A stretch of 64,000 nt of DNA from Hemiscyllium ocellatum (taxonomy: Eukaryota): contig NC_083434.1 in assembly GCF_020745735.1 (NCBI RefSeq), positions 40,669,966 through 40,733,965 of the forward strand. The letters are read 5' to 3'. The number at the start of each line of letters is the position of its first letter. Position 1 is the stretch's first letter. Position numbers and translations under genes: made by a program. Positions 11,481 to 64,000 of the stretch are shown one piece after another. Under the pieces are notes generated by a model that was given only the letters and a program-made list of their open reading frames with translations, ran no database searches and was not told the origin of the DNA.

Positions 11481-11963
11481 TACCTAGATTGTGGTCAGTC
11501 ACTGCTTCTTATGCTGTGATCTGCTGTTTGGCCCTGCATTCTCATCCTCCAAATCTGTTCTAGCTACCAAACATAGAGCCATTATCAGTTCTACATTTGG
11601 ATAAGCAGCTCACTCCAAAGTCAGTGGAGAAACTTAATTTGAACTTCAAGACCAGTGGAATAAAAATCTCACCCCCACAGTCCTTAGAAGCTTGCAGTGA
11701 CTTCACAGGGGAAATTCCAGCTGTTATTTTACTGTGCTGTAATTGATAACATTCAAGAAAGTAAATTTTATACAACCAAAGTATCACGTTGACTTGCAGT
11801 ACTATTTAACGGCCAAGTTAATTAACAATACTCATATCAGAAAAGAAGCTAGTGAATTACTGCTAGCTGTGTTTTAGGTTCTGTATTGAAATCAAGGTTC
11901 CACTTCTGAAAGACTGCAAAGTGGAGAAAGTATCATAAGGAGAGGCAAGTCTTACAAATATCA

Positions 11964-12920
11964 TTTAATTACAAACTGTATTTTTGAAACAGACTGTACA
12001 ATTCCATCACAGATGTAGCCTGATAAATGGTGCCTGTTGTCCAATACAAAATGAAAATCACTGCCTACATTTCTGGTCTTCATTACATTTGCCAAGTCTT
12101 AAAAAAGCAATAATGTATATGTTATCACAGTTTACACCATAAATGCATTCAATTACTAATGAGAACAAACACAGTTTTAAAAAATCAAAAATGCAGACTC
12201 TGTATTTAGTTTTGTATTACAGGCTGTTATATGCGATCAATTAGATGTTCTGGCATACACAGACGTCATTCAACACGAAATTGTACACATTTTTGTTTAA
12301 ACACATATATACATGTGACATAGCCTCTAGGTTGCAAATCATGGTTTCTATAGTGGTCAAGACTTCCAAAAGTTTAAAAACAAGGACACAAAAGCACTTC
12401 AGCAATTTATTTTTTTAACATTATTTTACATTAAGAAAATAAAAGCTGCAGGCATCTTACTTTTGTGGCTTATATCGTGGAATAATGGAATGCCCAATGC
12501 ATTAAGAATACCTAATTTATGCTATGAAATCCACACCATGTATAAAATAACATACTATTTATTGATAAATAATAGTATTGAAATTAGGAAAAGACAGACT
12601 TTCATTCTATCCAGTGTAATGCAGACTCTACACCACATTCATTTGCAGTCTTTCCTATACAGGAAGCAAAATATTATGTACATTTAAGCAGCAAATCACA
12701 CTGTCTGCAGGGAAAAGTTCTGCATCCATTTGCATTGTGCTATCCCAACAGATGGAGATCAAGAGATACTTCATAGTTCTCATTTTCAGTACATCTTTTC
12801 AGTCCTTTTAAATTAAGAGTGCCATTATATGTCAATCCAAAGTTCATTCTTCAAACACATCATCAGGATATTAGTTACCTAGTTTTTTTTTGTTTGATAA
12901 ACTCAAAGATGCAATATGCA
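11964..12920 (-). promoter_or_regulatory. Probable ATP2C1 3'UTR with candidate polyA signals
   Basis: AT-rich, no recognisable repeats. Minus-strand AATAAA at 12558-12563 and 12406-12411, ATTAAA at 11964-11969. The true 3' end is unknown. Confidence 0.5.
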
Positions 12921-53209
<40,289 letters not shown>

Positions 53210-54239
53210 CTGAAGGAAAAAGGACATTAATTTATTAAAATTCGAAGTTCTTACAAGTTCCCAGGAAATGTTCTTTGATATTCCACTTACAGGTCTTCAC
53301 AGCCACGGCACAAAGTTTCATTGCACATAACATCACAGCTTGGCCTATACTGTCCTTACACAATGTTTTTATGTGCAGACTTATAAAGGAGATCATCTCT
53401 ACCCCCACCCCAAAACAAATACTATGCCCAAACACCCAAGTTAACTTAATCTAACACACTGCTTTACTGGAAACAAGCCTTTCACCATTTTTGTTGTCAA
53501 CTTTCCATCTTTCTGAACTTTTGCTTACATCCAAAACTTACAAATGCATAACAAAGACCAGATAATGATCTGGCAATTACCTTCTGATGTTGTTTTGTGT
53601 GTGTATAATTAAGGCTAAACCAATATACAGAAGCAACACTCTGCACTGACCAGCAGCAATGACCTGTGAACACACTGATTGAAGCATATCCACATACATT
53701 TGGATGTGCTGAACTGTAAATGTTTTTAAAAAGTTCAAATCAGATTTAAAGCTAACACTGCAATGATCTTGAAGGCATGAAACTATCTTTCTCAGTTATC
53801 CCTTCACAAATTAGATCTCAAGTTATTCCTTTTTAAGCACTGGACCATTTTTTTTGAAGCTTTTGAAAATAAAGCTACATTTTTTATAGTGGTTATTCAT
53901 TAGTCTAGAAATTAGTAGTTTAATATAATACTTCAGATTTTTTAAACAGTATATTAATATGTAAAACATGTTGGTTAATTCCGCTGAGCAATTTTTCAGT
54001 CAAAGTCTAAATTTAATCTGCTTGAATGCTCATACCACTCAAGAAAAACTATAATTGTACGAGAAGTAGGTCACCCATGATTTTTTTCAAGAAAGTAGAA
54101 ATGAAAAAGAAATCCCTTATGAACACAGCAAAATGAAACCAGGCTGACAAATTATTAAAATACCTTCAGCTAGAAATATTTACACAACCCAATTTTTTTT
54201 TTACAGTTATGACTCTAAAATGTGTGTCAATGTGGATTA

Positions 54240-55000
54240 AAAATTGACTGACTAACAGATAAGGCAGAGCATGCATACACGGGCCTCTGCCTGATAGGCA
54301 GGATGAGTGGAGTGCAGTCCAGCAGGAGTCATCTGGGGTCTCCACGTTTTACAATTTATAGCAATGACTTTGATGAAGGGAATGAATCTATGGCCGCTAA
54401 GCTTGCATATGGCACCAAGATAGGTCAGAATTATATTACAAAGTTGTTGTAAGAAATTTGCAAATTGATATAAGTATCACTTTTTTTAAAAAACCTTGAG
54501 TTATCTCGAGAATGTGACTTAAAAATAATTCTGGGATTTACATACTAATTAATCAAAATCTGCAACCCATTCTAAAAGAAGAAAGACTTCAATCTAGCTT
54601 TGTTCAATATATAATTTCAGTTGCATGACTGTAATCTTTTGCGATAAATTCTGTGTCTTATGGCCCTGCTCCACAGCTACCTGAGGAAGGAACACTGCTC
54701 TGAAAGGTAGTGCTTCCAAATAAACCTGCTGGACTATAACCTGGTGTCGTGATTTTGTCCACCCCAGTCCAACACAACCCCCTCCACATTAGTAATATAG
54801 ATACATTGAGTTAATGGGCAAAAGTCTGGCAGATGGAATATAATGTAGGAAAATGTTAAATTACGCAGTTTTTCAGGAAGATTGGGAAAGTAAACTATTA
54901 TTGAAATGGAATTCCAAGATGCAGAGGGATTTGTGTGCTCTAATGTTACGACATGAAAGATTAATGTGCAGGTACAATGAGACCCTTTATCACAAGAGAA
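54240..55000 (+). mobile_element. Old CR1-type RT fragment interrupted by a PLE
   Basis: TIY.ND.DEG...K.A..TK and W...WQMEYNVGKC remnants on either side of 54480-54788. Confidence 0.6.
54480..54788 (+). mobile_element. PLE 3' fragment (34490 family) with degenerate hammerhead
   Basis: Homologous to 35250-35518. CTGAGGA...GAAAGGTAGTG and tail ccccagtccaacac. Confidence 0.75.
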
Positions 55001-55054
55001 ATTAAGTAAGGAGGTTGTACTTTAGTACTTCAATGATATGACTACATCTCTCAA

Positions 55055-58000
55055 TGAGTTTCTCAAGGGGGAGAAGGGCCAGCAGGAAGTCATTGTACAC
55101 ATTGAAACCAACAACATAGGAAGAGAAAAGTTTAAAATTCTGAAGGAAGATTACAGAGAGTTAGGCAGGAATTTAAAAAGGAGGTCCTTGAGAGTACTAA
55201 TATCTGGATTACTCCCAGTGCTACGAGCTAGTCAGGGCAGGAATAGGATGACAGAGCAGATGAATGCATGGCTGAGGCGCTGGTGTACAGGAGAAGGATT
55301 CACATTTTTGGACCATTGGAATCTCTTTTGGGATAGAAGGGACACGTACAAGAAGGACAGATTGCACCTAAATTCAAAGGGAACTAATATACTGGCAAGG
55401 AGATTTGCTAGAGCTGCTCGGTGAGGGGGTGGAACCAAGAGAGATAGTGAGTAAAGAGATCAATCTGAGACTGGAACAGTTGAGAACAGAAGCGAGTCAA
55501 ACAGTCAGGGCAGGCAGGGACAAAGCAAAGAACAAGATAGTACTGATAAATTAAACTGCATTTATTTTAATGCAAGGGGCCTAAACAGGGAAGGCAGATG
55601 AACTCAGGGCATAGTTAGGAACATGGGACTGGGATATCATAGCAATGACAGAAACATAGCTCAGGGATGGGCAAGACTGGCAGCTTAATGTTTCAGGATA
55701 CAAATGCTACAGGAAGGAGAGAAAGGGAGGCAACAGAGGAGATGGAGAGGCATTTTTGATAAGGGGTAACATTACAGCTGTACTGAGGAAGGATATTCCT
55801 GGAAATACATCCAGGCAAGTTATTTGGGTGGAACTGAGAAATAAGAAGGATGATCATCTTATGGGATTGTATTATAGACCCCCTAATAGTCAGAGGGAAA
55901 TTGAGAACTTTGTAAAGAGATCTCAGTTATCTGTGAGAAAAATTGGGTGGTTATGGTAGAGGATTTTAACTTTCCAAACATAGGCTGGGACTGCCATCAC
56001 GTTAAGGGTTTAGATGGAGAGGAATTTGTTCAGTGTGTACAAGAATATTCTGATTCAGTATGTGGATGCATCTACTAGAGAAGGTGCAAAACCTGATCTA
56101 CTCTTGTGTAATAAAGCAGGGCTGGTGACTGAGATGTCAGTGCAGGAGCACTTTAGGGCCAGCGACCATAATTCTATAGAGATTTCAAAGAGAGATGGAA
56201 AAGCATAGACCAGATCGAAAAGTTGAAGTTCTAATTTGGAGAAAGGCCAATTTTGATGGTATTAAGCAAGAACTTTCAAAAGCTGATTGGGGGCAAATGT
56301 TCGCAGGTAAAGGGATGGCTGAAAAATGGGACGCCTTTAGAAATGAGATAATAAGAGTCCAGAGAAAGTATATTCCTGTTCGGGTGAAAAGAAAGGCTGG
56401 TAGGTATAGGGAATGCTGAATGACTAAAGAAATTGAGGGTTTGGTTAAGAAAAAGAAGGGAGCATATGTAAGGTATAGGCAGAATAGATCAAGTGAATCC
56501 TTAGAAGAGTATAGAGGGAGTAGTAGTATGCTTAAAAGGGAAATCAGGAGGGCAAAAAGGGGACATGAGATAACTTTGGCATATAGAGTTAAGGAGAATC
56601 CAAAGGGTTTTCACATTAAGGACAAAAGGGTAACGAGAGAGAGAATAGGACCCCTCAAAAGATCAGTGAGGCAGCCTTTGTATGGAGCTGCAGGAGATGG
56701 GAGAGATACTAAACGAGTATTTTGCATCTGTATTTACTGTGAAAAAGGACATGGAAGGTATAGAATGTAGGGAATTAGACAGCAACATCTTGAAAAATGT
56801 CCAAATTACAGAGGAAGTGCTTGAAATGGATAAAAGTGGATAAATCACCAGAATCTGATCAGGTACCCTAGAACTCTGTGGGAAGCTTGAGAACTGATTG
56901 CTGGGCCTCTTACTCAAATATTTGTATCATTAATGGCCACAGGTGAGGTACCAGAAGACTAGAGGTTGGCTAACGTGGTGTCACTGTTTGAGAAAGGTGG
57001 TAAGGATAAGCCAGGGAACTATAGATCAGTGAATCTGACGTCGGTAGTGGGCAAGTTACTGGAAGGAATCCTGAGGGACAGGATGTACATGTATTTGGAA
57101 AGGCAAGGACTGATTAGGGATAGTCAATATGGCTTTGTGCATGGGAAATCATGTCTCACAAACTGACTGAGTTTTTTGAAGAAGCAACAAAGACAATTGG
57201 TGAGGGCAGAGCGGTAGATGTGATCTATATGGACTTCAGAAAGGCGCTCATCAAGGTTCCCCATGGGAAACTGGTTAGCAAGGTTAGATCTCACGGAATA
57301 CAGGGAGAATTAGCCATTTGGATACAAAACTGGCTCAAAGCTAGAAGACAGAGGGTGGTGGTGGAGGGTTGTTTTCCAGAATGAAAGCCTGTGACCAGTG
57401 GAATGCCACAAGGATTGGTGCTGGGTCCTCTACTTTTCATCATTTATATAAATGATTTGGATGAGAGCATAAGAGGTACAGTTAGTAAGTTTGCAGATGA
57501 TACCAAAACTGGAGGTGTAGTAGACAGCAAAGGTTAACTCAAATTACAACAGGACCTTGATCAGATGGGCCAATGGGATGAGAAGTGGCAGATGGAGTTT
57601 AATTCAGATAAATGCGAGGTGCTGCATTTTAGGAAAGCAAATCTTAGCAGGACTTATACACTTAATGGTAAGGTCCTAGGGAGTGTTGTTGCTCAAAGAG
57701 ACCTTGGAGTGCAGGTTCATAGTTCCTTGAAAGTGGAGTCGCAGGTAGATAGGATAGTGAAGGCAGCATTTGGTATGCTTTCCTTTATTGGCCAGAGTAT
57801 TGATTACAGGAGTTGAGAGGTCATGTTGCGGTTGTACAGCATATTGGTTTGGCCACTGTTGGAATATTGCGTGTATTCTGGTCTCCTTCCTATCGGAAAG
57901 ATGTTGTGAAACCTGAAAGGGTTCAGAAAAGATTTACAAGGATGTTGCCAGGGTTGGAGGATTTGAGCTGTAGGGTAGAGGCTGAACAGGCTGGGGCTGT

Positions 58001-58402
58001 TTTCCTGGAGCGTCGGAGGCTGAGGGGTGACCTTATACAGGTTTACAAAATCATGAGGGGCATGGATGGGATAAATAGACAAAATCTTTTCCCTTGGGTA
58101 GGGAGCCCAGAACTAGAAGGCATAGGATTAGGGTGAGAGGGGAAAGTATAACATGAGACCTAAGGGGCAACGTTTTCATGCAGAGGATGGTACGTGTATG
58201 GAATGAGCTGCCAGCGGAAGCCGGTGAAGGCTAGTACAAGTGCAACATTTAAAAGGCATTTGGATGGGTATATGAATAGGAAGAGTTTGGAGGGATATGG
58301 GCCTGGTGCTGGCAAGTGGGACTAGATTGGGTTGGGATATCTGGTCGGCATGGACGGGTTGGACCAAAGGGTCTGTTCCCACGCTGTACATTTCTACGAT
58401 TC
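55055..58402 (+). mobile_element. Long CR1 LINE: ORF1 SGNH-esterase C-half plus decayed full ORF2
   Basis: VHI.TN.IG...ISGLLPV...NAWLRRWC..EGF.FLDHW...D.LHLN (ORF1). YFNARG, YYRPP, SDHN, NYRSVNLTS, KFADD (ORF2, many breaks). 3' tail present. Confidence 0.95.
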
Positions 58403-60259
58403 AGTGCAGCTTTGCTCTCCTTATTAAGGACTGTAAACGTAAAATGCTTTGTAAAGTTAAAACATTTTGTAGACGTAAAATGCACTGGAAGCTGTTCAGA
58501 TGCCGTTTACGAGATTGAAATCTGGAATTAGTGGATTACCTTATGAGGACATGTTGGACTTGTTTTGATGGATGACTTAATTGAAGAGAAGAAATTCCTG
58601 AATGGTCTTGACAAGCTCAATGTGGAAAAGATGGTTGTACAATTTTGGCATTCTGTCTCAAAGTAGCAGAGGTATGGACATTTAATAATTGTAAGGTAGA
58701 TTGATTCCCTTGCCTAACAAGAATCAAAGGATGTTTCGGTCTACCCTCAACAAGATGACATACAAACAGATCAACTACAAGATTATTAAATAACAAAGCA
58801 GGTTTCAGGAGCCAAACAGTCTACTTCTGCTCTTATTTCTGTGATTATAACTTTAGGTTTTTAGCTTTGCTCATTTCATTCGAGTTAAAGGCTGCAGTTT
58901 TCTTAATCAGGAATAAAAGAGGAAAGGCTGCTAGAGAGAGACTAAAAATAGTCTGACATCAAGTAAATCAAATACCATTAAAAAATATGATTCACTCCAG
59001 AGAAATCGCTTTTCCTTCTTAACAGTGCATGTGACATGTGACATAAAAATGCCTATCAAGACATTTCCTGTTTCGTGACCCCTCACTAACACATTTTATG
59101 ATGTTATCACAAATTCAAGTGAACAAATACTCAAGAAATAAACGAGTAAAAGCAGCACTGACATTCAACAAAATAGCAAAGATACAGAGCAAGTTAGCTA
59201 ACATCTATAAATAGAAACAAAGCAACATTTCAGCTCTAACCCTTCATTGTAATGAAACAAAGATAATTGTTAGTATTTTAGTATAGTTAGGATAAATGCA
59301 GAGGGAAAAAAAGGGAGGGAAATAACGGATACACAAATTACTGAGGCCTCCTGTAGAAACAAGCCTGGGACACAGGAAACAACGCTGACCAACTTTGTTG
59401 GGGTGGGTGGGGAGGACAGACGAGAAATATCAAAGAAATTCACCAAAAATGATAATCTTAACCCAATGTATAAGGGCATGAGACAGACCATGGAAACAAA
59501 ATCAACTGGTAAGAAAGAAAAATAAAATGAAAAGAAACAATAGGATCCTGAAGCACCCCACAGTTTTTTTTTTAATTTTATGCTCTCTGGAGGGATCATT
59601 CACTCCAGAATATACCTATCCATACTTTCACCATCTGCACATTTTGCTGGCATCTGTTGTCGTACATCAAAATGCAACACCTGTTGACGAACTTCCACCC
59701 ACTTTCATCCTCCAAAGCTCCATACATTCCAGGTGGGACAGAAATTATATGCACATTTTTGAATATTATATTTGATGATTAAAACATGAGGCCACACATA
59801 AATGAAGAGACAATTTTACTCCGTGTTGTTTTTCCTGTTGCAAAATAGCCCTCATCTGCCTGTGGTTTACAATATATACGCCTCTTCCATTTCCACTCTG
59901 ATCACTCCATCTCTTCCTGTACTGTTGCAGTCCATCCAATGCAAGACTTGGAACAAATTTTAAATCTGGCACTCTGGTCTGAATCTTAAATTTAGTAACT
60001 TCAAATTTTAGTTACTTTCACTATTTTCTTCACAAAACAGTGCAGGTAAAAGGGATATGGTAATGTTATTAATCGGAATAAAATGCAGATGTTGTTTGGT
60101 TTTATTTAAAACTACTTTTGGAGGTGGTTGGTGGATCCACAGATTTTCCAGAGGTTTGCAGTTATAATTTATTTATCGCAATACTTTAATTTATTCTGAA
60201 GTTCTTCATTCATGTCGAGCTGCTGAACAGACTCAATCATTGCAGACAAATTGGGCTAC

Positions 60260-60489
60260 TTAAATATCTTCACAAAGGCTGGTAATCCTGTCACCAGGTC
60301 ACACTTTAATACACACGCATAGTACTTGACACTGGTCTGCATTCCTCAGAACCAGCTCTCAGAGTGAACAGAACCTCTGACACTCCTGTTCTTATATGTC
60401 AGTTAGGCCTGTCTGATTGAATCAGATTAACAGCCTCAGAGAACTCATTCTGAGAGGTCCACCTAGCTGACCTGGCTGCAATCACTACA
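60260..60489 (-). mobile_element. 3' LTR of the Gypsy element
   Basis: On the minus strand TGTAGTG follows a purine tract (gggacgga). TATA-like tataag and ATTAAA inside. The far boundary is approximate. Confidence 0.6.
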
Positions 60490-63400
60490 TCCGTCCCAGA
60501 GTGCCAGGACATAGGCCTATTCTTTTTTCTCGTAGCCTGTCCTGGACCTTTTTTGCACCTGGTCCAGTTCCTCCAACTCAGCCTCAGATACAGATGGCGT
60601 GCACCAAACTATGGCTTGTCTCTTGCACCAGAGGATCGGGGACAAAATTCATCCTCCTTTTCCGATGGTAAAGCCGTTAAGGCTGCGGCATACACTATGT
60701 CCACTTCAGACTCCCAAGGTTTCTTTGACGTTAGACAGAGGGGGAGAACCAATGGGTTCTGACAGCCTTTCTGGCTGTTCTCAGGGGCCGGGTTTTGGTC
60801 CTGGCACTTTTGCAGGTTTGCAACTTTCATGTGGACCATGTGCTTGTTCAGGATTACCTCTTCAACCAAACTTTGTACATCATGGGACCTGACATCGTGT
60901 TGACCATACCTCTTAACCATGCAGGGCCATTTCTGTGGTTTCAACACCAAGCTTCATCCCCTGAAGTAAACTGCATCTCTCGCTTAGAGTTGTCTCAAGT
61001 CTAGCAGTGGTGTTCCTGATACCCACACCTTCTGGTCTGGGAATATGAAGTTTAACTTGGCAAAGGGGCTTCTCCCCCTATTAGCCACTCTGTTGGAGCT
61101 GTCCTTTGCATAAGGTGTGGTCAAATAATCAAGTAGGAACTGGGATAGTTTGGTATCGAGTGAAGCAGTCAGTTGCTTGTTTAATCCTGCCTTCAAAGAT
61201 TGGACTGCTCTTTCCACCAGGTCACTGGACGATGGATGGTATGGAGCTGTCCTTATATGCTGAATTCTTGAGTTCTTTGTTGGTAAATACTGAACTATTG
61301 TCTGTGACCAAACTTCAGGAAGTTTGTGTTGCAAAAGATGCTTGCAGCTTTTCTATTGTCATCATGTGTATAGAGTTCATTTGTCAAACACATCAACTGA
61401 CTGAGTGGGTGCCCACAATGACTAAGAACATTGAGTCCATAATAATTGATGTGTAACTGAGTCCAGGGTTTACCTGGCCATTCCCACAAATGTGAAGGTG
61501 CTGCCATTTGTGTCTTTGGTGGCACTCAGGGTACTACCACACCAATTTGGCTATGTCTGCATCCAATCCTGACCACCAGACAACATCTTGCCAACATCTT
61601 GATTTTGAACATCCATGGAGGATTTCAACCAGTATCTAGCAGCAACTTTTGCTTCGGACAATCATTCTTGCTCCCCATAATAAAATGCTATCTTTTTGCC
61701 AGGACCAGAAAGGTTTCTATTCTGGCTATGATAGCCCTTTTGTTTCCTCCATCCCCACCAGATGTTTCACTTTTGCCAGCACTGGATCTTTTTGCATCTG
61801 CAGCCTGACATCATCAGTGGTGACTGGAAATGTCCAAAGTTTAAAACCAAAACGGACTTTTCCAGTAGCAGCAGCAACAGTGGTGTATCTGCCCGTAGGA
61901 AGCGGCTCAAGACATCTGTATTGGCATCCTGTACAGTGCTCTGGCTTGTTATTGTACACATTTAGGATGAGAGCCCTCTGTTGAATTTGGCCTGTAGCAA
62001 TTGTTTTGGTGGCGGGAGGCAGGAGGCGGGGGAAGAGATCCACCTTGTCTTCTTTAACTAGATCTTGCAAGGGTTTGTGTCTGTCACTATTACAAATTTA
62101 TGTGCATAAATGTGTTGGTGCAACTTTCTCATATCAAAAGTGTACACCAACCTTCCTTTTCTATCTGGGCATATTTGAACTATCAGCCAAAGCCCAGGAA
62201 GTATATGCTACTGGGTATTCCTCTCCATTGGGCCACCTGTAACCCAACACTCCCCAGACACAGTACAGGAATGAAACATGTGAGCACCAGATCTCACTTG
62301 GGATCATAATGCGCCAACATCTTAGACAATGATAGCCTTTACAGAAATGAAGGTGCAGCTGAGTCTTGGCAACAAGACTATTTCTAAGTCTGGCCTTTTT
62401 CAACGGCACATGTAACATGCCAAGATGGAGGCCAGGTTATGTTCGAACTTTCCATAATAATTCATCAATTCAAGTAAAGACCTAAGCTTTGGTACAGACG
62501 TGGGAGCTGGGGCATGTTTGATCGCCCTCGCTTTACGTTCCAGTAGGTGTCACCCAGACTTGTCAACTCTGAAGCCCAAGTAGGTGACTTTGGCTGTCTG
62601 GAACAGGCCTTTTCTCTTCTAAGGCATATACTTGCCTTGGAGAAATGTCTAAGAACTATGTAAAAGTTCTCTAAATACTCTTTATTGGTTTTTCCTATTA
62701 TTAGTACATCATCCAGATAAATGGCGACCAGGGTAGTCCCTATAAAACGTTTTCCATTGTCTGCTGAAAATTGGCACAAGCTGATGATGGGCACAAGTCC
62801 CTATGTGTATTAGTTGGAATATACCTCTGGGAATCCTCATCTAACTTCAACTGCAGGTATGCATGGGCTCATGCCCAGCTTTGTGAAGGATAGTTCCCAC
62901 CTCCACCCCACTCCAGTATTTATTCAGCTGTGAAAAGTGGTTAATCATTTGTTTAAAATTCCCACAAAAGCAAACCAACCTGTTGGGGTTCACTATCGGC
63001 ATGACACATATTGCCCATGCCACAACCTGATGATTCCTTTGCTTTTCAGCCTCTCGATTTCTGCCTCTACTTTTGCTCACAATGCAAATGGCACTGGTCA
63101 GGTCTTCCAGAATCGCGGAATTGTTTCCTGGTCAACGTGCAGACACGCCTAAGCTCCTTAAACAGTCTCTTGACCTTCCTGAAAAACTTCCAGGTATTTA
63201 GTTAGGACTTCACTCAGGGAGCTATTTTCTAATCCAAGTCTAGTGCAATTCTTTTGCCATCTTGAGTCCACATACCAGCAGCAACTAAAATGGCTTGCTG
63301 GCCCGGAACCAGAAAAAAAATTGATAACAGTTTGGCTGAGGCTCGACTTTATTTTGGGATTTTGCTGTGGCCTGACCTGAGTCCCTCTGTTCAGGATATG

Positions 63401-64000
63401 TTCTGAGTGAGGCTATGCAATTGCCTTTACTCAGGTGGTGTCCCCCATGCTCAGTTGGATTGGTGAGTGTGTCCACTTCCATCTGCATACCCTGCAACTC
63501 TCGTGCTCCACTCACCACATTTTTTTTAATGACAAAGTCAATTGTAATGCATATTTGAAGTCCTGTTGGGCTTCTGGTACACAGCTCTTTTGTATGGTTA
63601 CATCATTAATCCCACATACCAAAGAATCTCTCAGCATCTCATTAATGATTAAACCAAAATTACATGCCTCTGTCTATCGTATTAATCTTGTTAAAAATCC
63701 TGACATGATTCCCTTGGTTCTCGAACTGCCGAGTAAAAGTGATAGTACCTCAGAATTAGAGAAGGAATGGGATCATAATATTCCTTAACTAAATCTGTCA
63801 ACTCCTGAAAGGTTTCAGTATCTGGTGCCTCAGGAAATCTTAAGCTTCTCATAACCGAAAATGTTACAGGTTCACAAGCTGTCAGGAGATTTATTTGTTG
63901 CTTTTCATCTGCTCCAATATCATTTGCCTGAAAAAAAAATGTATTCTTTCCACATACTGGGCTCAGTATTTAACAGCAGGAACAAATAAATTTAGCTTCC
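60490..64000 (-). mobile_element. Decayed Gypsy/Ty3 LTR retrotransposon internal region (gag-RT-RH-IN), runs off the window
   Basis: RT AIYLDDVLI, RNase H YPVAY.S, integrase WEWPGKPW..LHI and TAPYHPSS..LVERAVQS.K, gag LRD.LVCGIND. Many frameshifts. Confidence 0.9.

Noticed and set aside
59560-59990. Coding-looking minus-strand segment, possibly a missing upstream ATP2C1 exon
   Set aside because: No frame matches the expected upstream peptide (REG..LARDLVPGD..GDRVPADLRL) or any family I recognise. The upstream exons seem to lie beyond the window.

Overview
Vertebrate genomic DNA, most likely from a cartilaginous fish (shark), inferred from HE1-type V-SINEs, Deu-type SINEs and abundant CR1 and Penelope repeats. 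It holds two convergent genes. On the + strand are the last two coding exons of ASTE1 (617-812, 4251-4560). On the - strand are 20 coding exons of ATP2C1/SPCA1 (53209 down to the stop at 12921). These exons give 2217 nt = 738 aa + stop, all have GT-AG sites and all phases are consistent. They correspond to human exons 8-27, and the 5' exons lie beyond the window. Introns and the 8.4-kb intergenic gap are filled with CR1, RTE and L2 LINEs, SINEs, a decayed Gypsy LTR element and Penelope-like elements (PLEs). The main unexplained signals are three. (1) At least three PLE families carry minimal type-I hammerhead ribozymes (HHRs). These include ~100-bp ribozyme-only insertions with 15-bp TSDs, fold-back insertions and a 3.2-kb Penelope, and several lie in ATP2C1 pre-mRNA sense. 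(2) A short element recurs in three consecutive ATP2C1 introns and has H/ACA-like hallmarks. (3) The ASTE1-antisense exon that gives human SPCA1b/c/d their C-terminus is closed here. Comparisons with human sequences are from memory and need alignment.
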